Under the pieces are notes generated by a model. That model saw only the letters and a program-made list of their open reading frames with translations. It was not told the origin of the DNA and ran no database searches. The position numbers were made by a program, and so were the translations under genes. A stretch of DNA of 64,000 nucleotides from Macrostomum lignano (taxonomy: Eukaryota), in assembly GCA_002269645.1 (NCBI GenBank), contig NIVC01000462.1, forward strand, positions 587,516-651,515, written 5' to 3'. How positions within the stretch are numbered: the first letter of the stretch is position 1; the number at the start of each line of letters is the position of its first letter. Shown piece after piece: positions 52,215-64,000 of the stretch.

Positions 52215-52515
<301 letters not shown>

Positions 52516-52899
52516 CATATCTTCACCATACGTTTCCTGGGAGTAAAACTTAACATTTCCGTGCTACTGTGAGTAGAGCACTGCCATATCTACCGATATA
52601 AAAAAGCAAGCAATCGCTTTGCCGAGTTGTTTCAATCCGAGCGTAACAAATTTCTGTAAGAATTAACCATAGTGACACGAAAGAGCTGAACCTTTAAATC
52701 GTACAGATTGCCCTGGAGGGCCTGTGCAGGTTGCCGGACTTCAATACATTCATTTGTCTCCAAGATTTTACCTTGGTAAACTTGCAAATCAGAAAGTGAA
52801 ACAAAAATTCATGCATACGCTCGTATTGTAAATTTTGGATGATACTGTGAATGTAGTGTACTTGTCTAGTATACTTTAGTAGTCCTTGGTCAGCTCTTA

Positions 52900-53065
52900 A
52901 CGTGTTGTAGACTATTGGTCAGAGCGTCTGACTTACGACTACAAGGTTGGGGGTTCGATTCTTGACCCACTCGGAACAATTTGTAGCCTTGAGCAAGAGA
53001 CATAACTCTGCATTGCTTCAGTTCACCTAGCTGTAAAATGGGTGCCAGCATTAGCTGGGGTAATT
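52900..53065 (+). mobile_element. tRNA-derived SINE-like segment within a dispersed repeat (52215-53690 paralogous to 57106-59350)
   Basis: tggtcagagcgtctgact...ggttcgattc followed by agctgtaaaatgggtgccag; the flanks align with the 57430-59350 region. Confidence 0.5.
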
Positions 53066-54340
53066 GAGGGTGTGTCCTGGAACCCCAGGACAAAGACCTC
53101 CTCCAGTCCTTCAGCTGCCAAGACTTCATAGACTTTGATGCCAAAGCTCACTGGTAATGCTGACATCTTGGACTCCATAGCTGAATTTTAGAGCTTATGC
53201 TTTGCTCTAGACATGTACATTAGTTTTCTGAGGATACTACCAATAGCAACCTAAATGGTCAAAACCAAAATGTAGCTGATTCAATAATTAGTGCTTTCTT
53301 AAATTGTTGCCTCCCAACAGGGGGAAGACGCATATTGTTGGAAGTGGGAGGCTTGCGTGGCATATGTGCCAGTGGCCCAGGCTCGATTCCTAATGCAGTC
53401 ACATTGGAATCTTGGCTTGGCTCTGCTCGTGCAATTAATGCTCTTGAGGGCCAGCCCCCACGGCAGTCAGCGGAATGGGCAGGGATGCCTCTCATCGGTA
53501 GTGCGACAATGTCGCTTGAAATGTGCCAAGATGCAAACAGCCTCATGTCTCTAATAAAAAATAAATCAGATAAACTGATCGGGGTAGCTTTAATCTATCC
53601 AACCCTTCGCATACCTCTCCCCCCCCCCACTTCATTCCTCAACTCAAGTCAGCCGCGGCGTAGCTAAGTTGCGTCACTCGCAAAGATTGAGAGACTTTAC
53701 CTGCACTCTCAAAAGTGGCGACCACAGACGGAATCTTTGGACACAATTGCCTGTTATCTTATAACACAATTCCTTGATAGAGAATTGTCCACTAAGTAGT
53801 TGTGTAATATGCAGTTTGCATTGAATCGTACCGTAGACAACACCAGAGTAAAAGGTGTACAAATGCAATTGTAATAAAATGCCATGGACGTAAGCAAACA
53901 AGTGCGCAGCTTAAAGTCTGTAAGAGCAGTTAAGAGCAGCGTAGGCACCAGAATTCGATAATTTCATAGAATTGCAAGAATAGATTTAAAGTTATCATGA
54001 TTAACTGTGCGAATCTTCCGATTGATTCTATTGTCTCCTTATTTAGGGAGAATGCCTGTTATCTTAGTGAAGGCTTTTTTATGTTGTCTTTTTGTCCGTG
54101 ACAAGTTTACTCGAATAAGGTGATTTTTAAAACTGAAGAAGGAATTGATTCTTAAGAAAATGTCCTCTTTAATGGATTTGCATGAATAATTTTGTCTCCT
54201 TGCTTATTGCGCGCCCCGAAGGGGGCACTAGATTGCTAGTTTGAGTCTTAGCTTTTGTTTGGAATCGGATTGGAATCTCATCTCTGCGTGTACGCTCGTA
54301 CGATAAGATAAAAAAAACGTTATCGCCATAACATGCAGAT

Positions 54341-56026
54341 ATCGAAAATCAACCTGGCCGGCGACACTCCAGATGAGCGCAGAAATGAGCTGCGCGAGTT
54401 CTTCGCTGCCATCGTCAACACGCCCCCGCCCCCGCTGCCAAACGATCTGAGGCTGCCGCCGGACACGCCGTTGCCGGCATAGAAAAGTTTTAATGTAGCC
54501 CCAGTCAGCACAGCCGACGTTGTGAGGCTCGCCCAACAGTCACTGGGCGGGAAAGCGCTGGGTCTGGACGAGGTGCCCATCAAGGCGCTGCGACTCCACT
54601 GTGTAGCCAGCAAGGTCGCCAGTGTGATGAACCGCGTGCTTTTCGGTGAGGCGGCACCCAACGAATGGACCAATAGACCACGACATGCATCGTCGCTATT
54701 CTGAAGAAGCCGTGCACCACGCGGCTTGAGGAGCACCGAGATTGCCTGCCGCCCTGCGCTGCGAAGCTGTTCAACCGGATGCTGTTATCGCGGTTGCAGC
54801 CCGTGCTGGATCCGTACCTGCGTCCTGAGCAGAACGCGGCTTCCGGCCCCACCGCGGCACAGTGGCGCAGATCCTGGCTCTTCGCCGAGTTATCGAGGAA
54901 GCGCGGATCAGCCAGTCGAGCCTGATTGCTCTCTTTGTTGACTTCAGGAAGGCTTTCGACTCGGTCGTAAGGGCCGTGCTCCCAATGGTGCTTCGTGCGT
55001 ACAACGTGCCAGAGCAGCTGATTTCCGCCGCCATGGCGCTGTATCATGGCACGAACGCTGCTGTGCTAACACCGGACGGCATGTCGGATTTCTTTGAGAC
55101 ATCCTCTGGGGTGCTTCAGGGAGATTCGCTTGCGCTGTTCCTGTTCGTCCTTGTGCTTGACTGGGTGCTGCGGACTGCTTCCCCTTCTAACGACGACGGC
55201 TTCCTGTTGCAGCGACGCGTGGGTCGACGCCAACCGGAAAGGCGGCTCAGCGTGCTGGGCTACGCCGTTGATCTCACCCTGCTGTCCTCGACCGTCGAGG
55301 GCGCCCAACGCCAGCTGGACCGGCTGGTGAGCATTGCGGCGAATGTCGGCCTGGTGGTCAACATGCAGAAGACCGTCGTGCTCTGCGTGCCGGACGACAT
55401 CGAGGCTGTTTTTTTCTGCCGAGGCGCCGACGGACAGGCGACGAAGCTTCCGTGCTGTCAGCAGTTCGTCTACCTCGGCGGTCTGGTGCCTGACGTTCGC
55501 GAGGGTTGTCCTGCAGTCCAAGGCCCTGCCCGACCGCCAGAGGGCGGCGTTGTTCCAGGCGGTGATTGAGATCGTCTTGTTGTACAACGAAACAAGAGAT
55601 CTGGACGAGACCTGGACGCTGACGGATTCGCTCGAACAGCAGATCGATGAGGCGCACGCTGGCCTGCTGCGCGCCGCCTTCAAGCTCGACTACGAGCGAG
55701 TCACCAATGCGGCACTCTATCGCCGCACAGGCCTGTCCCGTCCCAGCGAACTGTTGAGCCGTCGGCGACTCCAGCTAGTAGGCCATTTTATCCGAGCCGA
55801 GTCCTACTGCCCACAGCCGGTGCAGGAGGTGCTGCTGCTGACGCTACAGGCACCCTACCGGCAGGGGCAAGCGCGTACTCGGCGTTTCGTTGGCTGCCTT
55901 CTGGCTGATGCTGGCGCCCCGTACACTGCCGGCGGGGCGGCTTACGTTCGCGCCCAGGCCTTGAAACGCGCCTTGTTACGTTGCCTGCTAACTGATTGAC
56001 AACGTATTTTGTTGTGTTGTTGTTGT
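54341..56026 (+). mobile_element. 5'-truncated RTE-like non-LTR retrotransposon, decayed RT
   Basis: RT motifs LFVDFRKAFDSV, GVLQGDSLA and GYAVD (YADD mutated), with frameshifts. (TTG)n tail; 8-bp TSD atgcagat at 54333-54340 and 56027-56034. Confidence 0.93.
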
Positions 56027-56286
56027 ATGCAGATGTCAAAGGGAATGAATCAGATTTTCAAATTAGGTAATTTGAACAAAAGTCATTTTGCAAATTGGTT
56101 GTGAAAAGTTTTTGCTTGCAAAAGTTTTACTTTCAAAAGTTAATTTAGCTTGGATTCATTCAACAGAGAATTATTCAGTGAATAATTTTGACTATTTTGA
56201 GGCAGCTATTTTTTTTTCTCAAGACCTTATGAAATAGACAGCATAAAAACGTGGCTCTAAAACTTGTTTATGAATATTTATTTCAG

Positions 56287-56525
56287 ACCGTTACTACCTG
56301 GTTCAGAAGGACAACAGCCTCTTCGTCAAGACCGACAGCTCCAGGACCTCGTCCTGGCCGGCCGCTGTCCAGTCTGACGCGGACTGCCTGCTCCAGTGCA
56401 GCGCCACAGCCGACTGCCAGGCCGCCGTTTTCTCCGAGCGGCTGCTCGCCTGCCACCTGCTGGCGTTCGGCTACCCGCCAGCCAGCCTGACCGGACCCGA
56501 CTGGACTCTCTACCAGCGCGGCTGA
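56287..56525 (+). pseudogene. orphan PAN/apple exon (WSC-PAN locus 6), open frame, no WSC exon found upstream
   Basis: tttcag acceptor in phase 1: (D)RYYLVQKD...CLLQCSATADCQAAVFSERLLACHLLAFGYPP...YQRG*. It is closest to exon 2 of gene 3. Confidence 0.75.
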
Positions 56526-57105
56526 GAGCGAACGTGGCTTGAGCCTTGCGATAAGAGTGTGTTGGCATGGAGAAGACGAATGATGAACTGTGAACAACTT
56601 GAGATTTTTTACTTTGGAAACATACTCGTACTCGTATTCGTATACGAGTACAATGTACTCGTAGATTTCCAGCAGTTACAATACCCAAGATTACCTAAGA
56701 CCCATCAAAGTAATAGTTAAGTCTTGATTAAAGTAAATCACTGATTCCTAATCAACCTATGCCACTACCCGCTGTTAAACAACCGATTTCAATATAAACG
56801 AAAGAAGCCAGGGCAACTCAATAAATTTTGCAAAACAGAATCTTTTCCACTGCATCTGAAGATGACCCGCCAGCGGTGTCGGTTCCGGTTCCGGTCCGCT
56901 CACCAGGTGACCAACAGAACGTCCTGAATAGAGGCTGGGGCATAGTTCTGGGCCCAGTTATCAGCTGGGACACTTTCTCGACCAGTTAGAGTTGCCTATG
57001 ACGCGAAAATCCGCTTGGATGGACCGGTGATACAGTTGCGTGTTGGTATTTTAGTCAATTCAACTTAACTTAGGAACAAACGCAAACCCTGAGCATCGGT
57101 TGCTC

Positions 57106-57202
<97 letters not shown>

Positions 57203-57203
57203 C

Positions 57204-57419
<216 letters not shown>

Positions 57420-58202
57420 CTATTTATCTATACGTTTCCTGAAAGTAATGCATAAGCTTTACATGCTACTGAAAGTAGAGCACTGTCATATTGCTATAGT
57501 AAGTAAGAAAAATTAATCAGCTATAAAGATTGCATCATTCAGGTTCAAATACAGTAGAACAGAAGTCAGACCAAGCCATTGACGAACTTTCACTGTCACT
57601 TTCACTTTCTCCATTGAATGCTTTCCTTTATTATTCTGGTTTCCACAAGTTAAGCATTTTTGGGGTTGAACCTATCGTACAAATCGTACAACTTTCCCAG
57701 AAGGGCCTGTGCAGGTTTCCAAACTTCAATACATTTTTTCTTCCTAAGATTTTACTTTGATAAACTTGCAAATCAGAAAGTGAAATTAAAAAGAAATGCA
57801 TCTAGTAAACGTCTAACGATACTGTGAGTTTAGCGTCCTTATCTTGTATGGTTTAGTAGTTCTTGGTCAGCTCTTGACTTCGCTTGCGTGTTGTAGCCTA
57901 TTGCTTTGAGCGTCGCAGACTCACGACTAAAAGGAGTCTCGACCAATTGGAAACAATTTTTGCCCTTCAGCAAGACAACTTAACTCTGTATAGCTTCAGT
58001 TCCCCAGCTGTAAAATGGGTGCCAGAATTAGCTGGGGTAATTGAGGGTGTGTGGCGAACTCCTAATTCTTGGACTGAACAGCCGTACGCAGCCTTCAGAT
58101 GCCAAGCCTTCAGAGACTTTGATGCTAAAGCTCATAGGGATTGCTGATATCATAGACTACATACTCGTAGCTGGCTTTCAGGGCTGATACTTTGCTTTAT
58201 AT

Positions 58203-58701
58203 ACTCAGCAACAGTCAAAAGTTCCACCCTCCAAGCGAGATGAAAATTTTCTCACCTATTACGACAACTCCTCACTCACAGTTCAACACTCCCAGTTACG
58301 CTCGTATGTAACTAAGCCGCTGCGAGGAAAGTAAACTTGATTTAATCAATAATAAACGTCATTCGCACAAAATCATAACAGTTTTTTATGCAATAATCAG
58401 TTAGAATCGCGATGCTTAATAAGGCATGTGGGATCCCCCTCGCACGCAGAAGTGCGGCGACTCTGCAGGGCATCCCCGGGATGAGGCGGCGCAGAAAGTC
58501 CTGGGGAAGCTGCTGCCAAGTGTTTTCAAGGGCGTGACACAGCTCCACAACATTCTGTGGTGTAGTGGATCCTCTTTTCGAACGCAGCGTTTTAGAAAGT
58601 CCCAGACATGCTCTGTGCGCGTGCGTAGTAAGTTGCGTCACTCGCAATAAGTGAAAAAATTCATCTCGCGTGGAGGGTGGAACTTTTGACTGTTGCTGAG
58701 T
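58203..58701 (-). mobile_element. non-autonomous Tc1-derived element, ~500 bp with ~50-bp TIRs
   Basis: actcagcaacagtcaaaagttccaccctcca at the left end and its reverse complement at the right end; internal EHVWDFLK...[32 protein letters not shown]. Confidence 0.8.
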
Positions 58702-61064
58702 GTTCATCATTTTTTCAGGATACTAGCAATAGCAACTGTACATGGCTGTACAACTTGCATTTAGTTAATTAAAAATTGTTTTTTTTGTTGCCTCCCAACG
58801 AGGGGAGGGCACAAATGGGAGGCTACACGGGGGGGGGGCGTTCCTCAGTGGCTCATGTGCCAGTCGCCCAGGCTCGATTCCAAATGCAGTCACATTAAGT
58901 TGGGGCTAAATTGGAATCTGGGCTTGGCTCTGCTCGTGTAATTAACGCCTTTGAGGACCAACCCCAAGGCACAGTGAAGTGTACATGCCTAACGACGAAA
59001 AAAGTCCTGTGTGAGAGCATGTGTGCTTGTGCGTATGACTGCGTACGTATCCGCGCGCTTGTGTGCCTGCTTAGGGGAGTCGGCGGAATGGGCAGTTATG
59101 CCTCTCGCCGGTAGTGTGACAATGTCACTTAAAGTGCGCCAGGGTGCACACAGCCTTGTCTCGTAATAAAAAATAATCAGAGAAAACTGATGGAGGTAGC
59201 TTTAATCCGTCCAACCCTCACGCACCGCTCCCCCCACTTCATTCCTCAGCTCATGTCTGCCGCGACGTAGCTAAGTTGCGTCATTCGCAAAGATGGAGAG
59301 ATTTTTTTACCTGCTCTCTCAAAAGGGGCGACCACAGACGGAGGGATCGTACTATAAAGCTGTCGTAGCGTAAGTTCGATCGTACATCGGACTTTTGCAC
59401 TGCGGAGATAGGAGCTAAGAACGATCTTATCTTGCGATGGCTTCATAGAACGGGCCCGGAATCTTCTGTGATGGCGACTTTTCGATGTTGCTGAGTATAT
59501 AGTTGCCTTTTCTGAATTGGAAAATGGAGAATTTCCTGCAAAGCTTCGCTTTTGTGAAATAATATCACACCATTGCCATAAGTGTGCAGTGGTTTCTCAA
59601 ATTTCAACAGTTCATTTTACTTCCTTGAGAAAAGTATACCCAATACGAGCTATTAATTTTTGTATTCTCCATCAGTCTCTAAATTTACTTAATAGAACCG
59701 GATCTGTATACTACAGTAGACACCCACGCAACTTTATCATCCAGAAATGTAGAGAGAGAATTGTGCAAATACCGTTAGATTCATGTGTTCCCATTCTACT
59801 GTAAACCTAGGTCGGGCTTCATTATTTGAGTTAAATTCAGATCCGGTTGTGAAACTCAAATAAGAAATCAACATACAGCAGCGACGTTACTTGTGCGAGA
59901 GTTTGCATTCTGCCATCATCGGGTTTGGTGCGATATGTAAACATTTATCTCGGCAACTGCAAACTCTGATATTTAACACCGATTCAGTCGGGGCTAAAAA
60001 GTTTTCCCAGCGAGTTAAATTTTTATTGAACTCTACAGAATGAAGGATTTGTCTTTTATCAAAATTAAAACTAGTTTGCTGCTTAATCGTCTGAACGGCA
60101 CTGGGGCTCTGCAAAATGCTTTTGTGACATAGTGACACGATGAACTTTGCTATAGGTTGCATGCACTGAAGTGTTGACTCACTAGCAGTGGAGATGGTTA
60201 TTAACCGCCTTAGAGATTGTATGGTATTCAACCCCCACCCCATGCGCACGCGATTGAATCTGTCTGCACCCACCACCTCATTGCTAACTAATAAATGTTG
60301 TCAGCCTAGCTCTCAAGCGAGCACCCTTTTTTTCACTCCTGCAATTCCACACTTCTGCCTCGCTTAACAAAGTTATCACAGCTTTGACTCATGGTGGGAA
60401 TAGCTGAGATGTCAAGGCTCACGGGGGACATTGCTGAAATGCTGTGGCTCATTTGGACGAGTTGCTGAGATGCCAAGGCCGGGTTAATTGGGAGTTTTAA
60501 TAGGCCAAGCAGGGTGAAACCATGACTTAAAAAGGGAGACTTTGATACGACAGCTCAGCAGGGGGTGATGCCTTTTTGTTTAAAACATCCTTTTCCTTAA
60601 GATATCCTTTCCCAATAAGATTCCCTACAATGGCGACACTACAAGGTCAAATCTGCATGTAGCAATTATCAGTTTCAGGCTGGACTACAAATAGTCTATG
60701 GTTCAAAGGCTCGACTACAGCTGATTTTTGTCTATGATAAATTCACCAATATGACGACTCTTTGTGTTGTTTTATCCATCGGGTTTATCCAAGTTTGTCA
60801 GTTTTATTTTGAACGTAAGAAAAACCTCGAAATTAACAAAACTTGCTTTGAACCCTGTCACGAGGGTATTTTTTTAAGGTTACTTGTGTGCTGCGGGTAG
60901 TTTGAAGTGGAAAACTTCTAAAAAGAAAATTATTTTTTGATCAAAAGCATCTTGTTTCAAGCCAATTTAAAAACAACTATCTTCCCTTTCATCTGAAAAA
61001 TTAGTAAGAAGATTTTTGGCTTCTTTATCACATCAGATCGATCAGTGGCCAGGATGGAAGTCAG

Positions 61065-61772
61065 TCAGCCACGCAGGAAGTAGTCTCCATCGGTGCTGCT
61101 CAGACTGGCAGGCGGGTAGGCGAACCTCAGCAGGTGGCACAGGCGCTGCTGGCCAGAGAAAATCACAGCCTGGCAGGCAGCTGAGGCCTCGCACAGCATC
61201 AAACACTCGGCCTTGATTTTGGCAGCGCTGGTCCAGTAGGTGCTCTGGGTGGACTCCACCGTCTGGTCGGGCATCTGCGACTGCTCAAAATACTTTCTAT
61301 CTACAAAAATAGAAGACTAGCTTTTACAAAATTGGCTTTCACAAAAATGTTTTTTAAAAAATTTGAATAAGGACACACCTGGGTAGGTCAAAGAAAACAC
61401 GGAACTGCGCCACGGACCCCCACATTTAGAAGCTCCGTTCTTCGCGCAGCCGCGGTTGCAGTCGGTCTCGCTAGCAGCCCCCAGAGATCCGTAGGAGCTG
61501 CCACAGGAGCAAAACAGACCGAACTGCACCCCGAAGTACGGGAAGCCGCCGAGAGAGCAGACGCTGCTGCAGAGCTCATACGTCATACTGGCGCTTCTCA
61601 CCCCAAGACTGTCCGTGCTAAACTGTCAAATTCTGCTCACTCCAGTGAGTCCTCTCAGGTCTCTGCCTCCAATGTCCACAAAGCAGCCAATGTAGGACAT
61701 CTGAGTTACTCTACCGGTGGCACAAAGCACCGTGACAGCGAGACCCACAATGCAGGCAAAAGTCTTGAGCAT
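61065..61772 (-). pseudogene. WSC-PAN gene 7 with in-frame TGA at 61628-61626; exons 61772-61379, 61300-61065
   Basis: GVSRI*QFS where paralogs have GVSRIGQFS; splice sites, TATA box and the rest of the frame are intact. Confidence 0.8.
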
Positions 61773-64000
61773 AGTTACTTGAGTAGTTGGGATTTCAGTT
61801 CTCCAGGTCCAACGAAGAGCAGTAAAAAATAAAAGCCATGTTTGTCTGCTTTTATAGCAGTTTTTAGAGACAATCTGGTTGGATAAAAGCCAGTAAACTA
61901 ATGAGCTCAATGTACTAGCTACAGTAGCATATCTACATAGATATTAAGAGTAACTTTTTTAACTTCACGCGATGAGATTCTCTGAGCAGCCAGCTGTTTC
62001 ACCGCCATATTTCCATGTCATCAGGTTTAGGCAGCGCTTTTTGATGCTTGCAAGTAAAATGCAATTATTTGTCTCTTTTGTGCTTTGTCCAAATGATCTA
62101 TTAAAGAAACCAACTCCTATTTTAGATAGTTAAAAAAAATTTGCGTTGCCGTTTCTGACACGTAGAGTTTGCAGATTCACGGCATCTCTTGCTCTGCCTC
62201 TCCCGCCCTTTGCTTGAAGCACACAACTACGTAGGACGCAGAAACTGCAGGGTTTTCAGAATTCTGACGCAAAAAACGCAAATTATACTACTATCTGAAA
62301 ATGAAGTAAGTAGTATACAAAAACGCTATCCTAAGCGTGATGTGGCAATATGTAGTTGTAATAATCCATGTGCTCATATATGTACATTAATTCCATGTAC
62401 ATTAATCCCTAAATATCTCAAATTGGATATGTACATTAATTCCATGTACATTAATCCATATCCCAAATTGTCTATCCCCAATTCTATATGTACATGTGCA
62501 TTAATCTACAGTGTCATCCCCAGCGCGCGCGCGCACCAAAATTACAACTCGAAACCCTACTATATGTACAGTGTACAATCTCATCTACTACTACCAAATG
62601 AGTCAACTAATTGTGTAGCCTACAACGTAATGTATATTTCCAATGTACATTTCTCAGACATTTGAATAATACGGGTCGGAGTCTATATGTACATCGATAG
62701 CCTCTATACTCGTATCCGCTACATACCCCAAAAATTAGGTATGTACATTTTCACCCTCGGAGAATGTAGGTTTGAATATGCTGATAATTTATTCGAAATC
62801 ACTTATAAAATACACATACTTTCATATAGAGGCGGGCCTGTACAAACTCTCGCCAAGCGATGGGGTGGAGGTTGCGTCATCCAAGCCTCTCCCAAGTCTG
62901 CCCCCCCCCAAATACAAGACTGTGTTGAAGCAGTGCTTTATATTTCTATTGACAGTGAGTATGATACAAGACGCTTCGTCGCGCTTTAATTACAGTAAAC
63001 CATCCCCTCGAAGCTCCTATACTGAATGCTGAATCACCCTTTAACTCGACCATAGTCAAATTCAACCCTGTTCGAAAACAGCCACCCCTCCGATGTTCAC
63101 CAGACACAGCGCAGACCCCATAACAAATCGAGCTAAATTTTAACACTCGCCCCTGTTCTCTCTGTCCCCCCTTCTAAATGCCAAGGAATTTCGACCCTCT
63201 CTCCATTTTCAGTGTACAGACAGATCTTTCCACAGCACAGACCCTATATTAAACTTCAAAACCCCTCTCTTCTCCGATTACGTCATCCATGCCGCCCCAG
63301 TTAGCAAGAAACCAACTTTTAATGCACACATCAACCCCCGCGAGCAAATCCGAGTCCGCCAACCTCTACCTGCATTGACAAACCCCAGCTGCATTTGTAA
63401 ATGTACACAGCCTATGAATCAGTGTCTCCACCGCATGCAATTCTGATTTACTTGATTCTAAACTTTGTAAATTGTATAAGTCACCCTTGCGTTATACTAG
63501 AAGTAGTGAAGTCCACATATTTAAATACGTGAGGCTATTCAATTCTGCCTCTCCGCCTCCCCTACCTTCTCACTTCAAGCTTTCAGACTTGGTCTTTGAG
63601 ACGGTCGGTTTAATCTGTTAGAAGCAGGAATGAATCATGCACTGACCTCTCCATACAAAGTAAAGTTGGAATTTCAGACAAGAAATTTGGTTATTTTAAA
63701 AGCTAAATGACTAGAAATGCACATTTTTTTCATTAAAATGCAGCTTTTTACAGTTTTTTTACGATTTTAACCTTAAAATGCAGACTTTGTTGATCAAAAT
63801 CAGTAGTTTCATCACTAGAAACCATACTTTCAGCAGCTAATTTGTCCAAATATCGCTTTCAACTTGACCTTAGACTGCTTTTAAGCAGGAATGAACCCCC
63901 CACAAACATCCACAAGCCAGCCCAAAATCATCCAAAGACATGGCTATTGAAGCCTAAATTGCTAGAAATGCGCATTTTTTCATAAGAAAATACAAATTTT

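Noticed and set aside
62189-63250. ORFs near the window end, including VLKFSSICYGVCAVSGEH
   Set aside because: They are short, lack a confident start or splice structure, and match no family I recognise.

Overview
This is repeat-rich eukaryotic (invertebrate) genomic DNA with GT-AG introns. There is no prokaryotic operon, rRNA, intact tRNA or CRISPR array. A flatworm such as Macrostomum is my guess from repeat and codon style only; it is unverified. The window has four zones. (1) 1-20640: about seven head-to-tail non-autonomous rolling-circle-like (Helentron/HINE-type) elements. Each carries an 18-bp GATAGCAAGC minisatellite, and the complete ones add one of three 23-24 bp satellites, an antisense tRNA-like A/B-box segment and a shared 3' core. 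(2) 20818-38980: a near-identical tandem duplication of about 9 kb. Each copy holds a gag-like remnant, decayed Maverick/Polinton pPolB and cysteine protease genes, a 3-exon GPI-anchored Ly6/uPAR gene, a 23-bp satellite and a 2-exon secreted WSC+PAN/apple gene. (3) 39400-41000: microsatellite-containing tandem repeats. (4) 41700-62000: five more WSC-PAN loci (two intact, one with a lost splice donor, one orphan exon, one with a premature stop). These are interspersed with a 1.67-kb split-direct-repeat element encoding only a tyrosine recombinase, a 5'-truncated RTE-like LINE with an 8-bp TSD, Tc1 derivatives, SINE-like pieces and (ATCT)n arrays. Most long ORFs in the supplied track are translations of satellites. 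Repeat boundaries are approximate; exon boundaries were read from the sequence and checked for frame.
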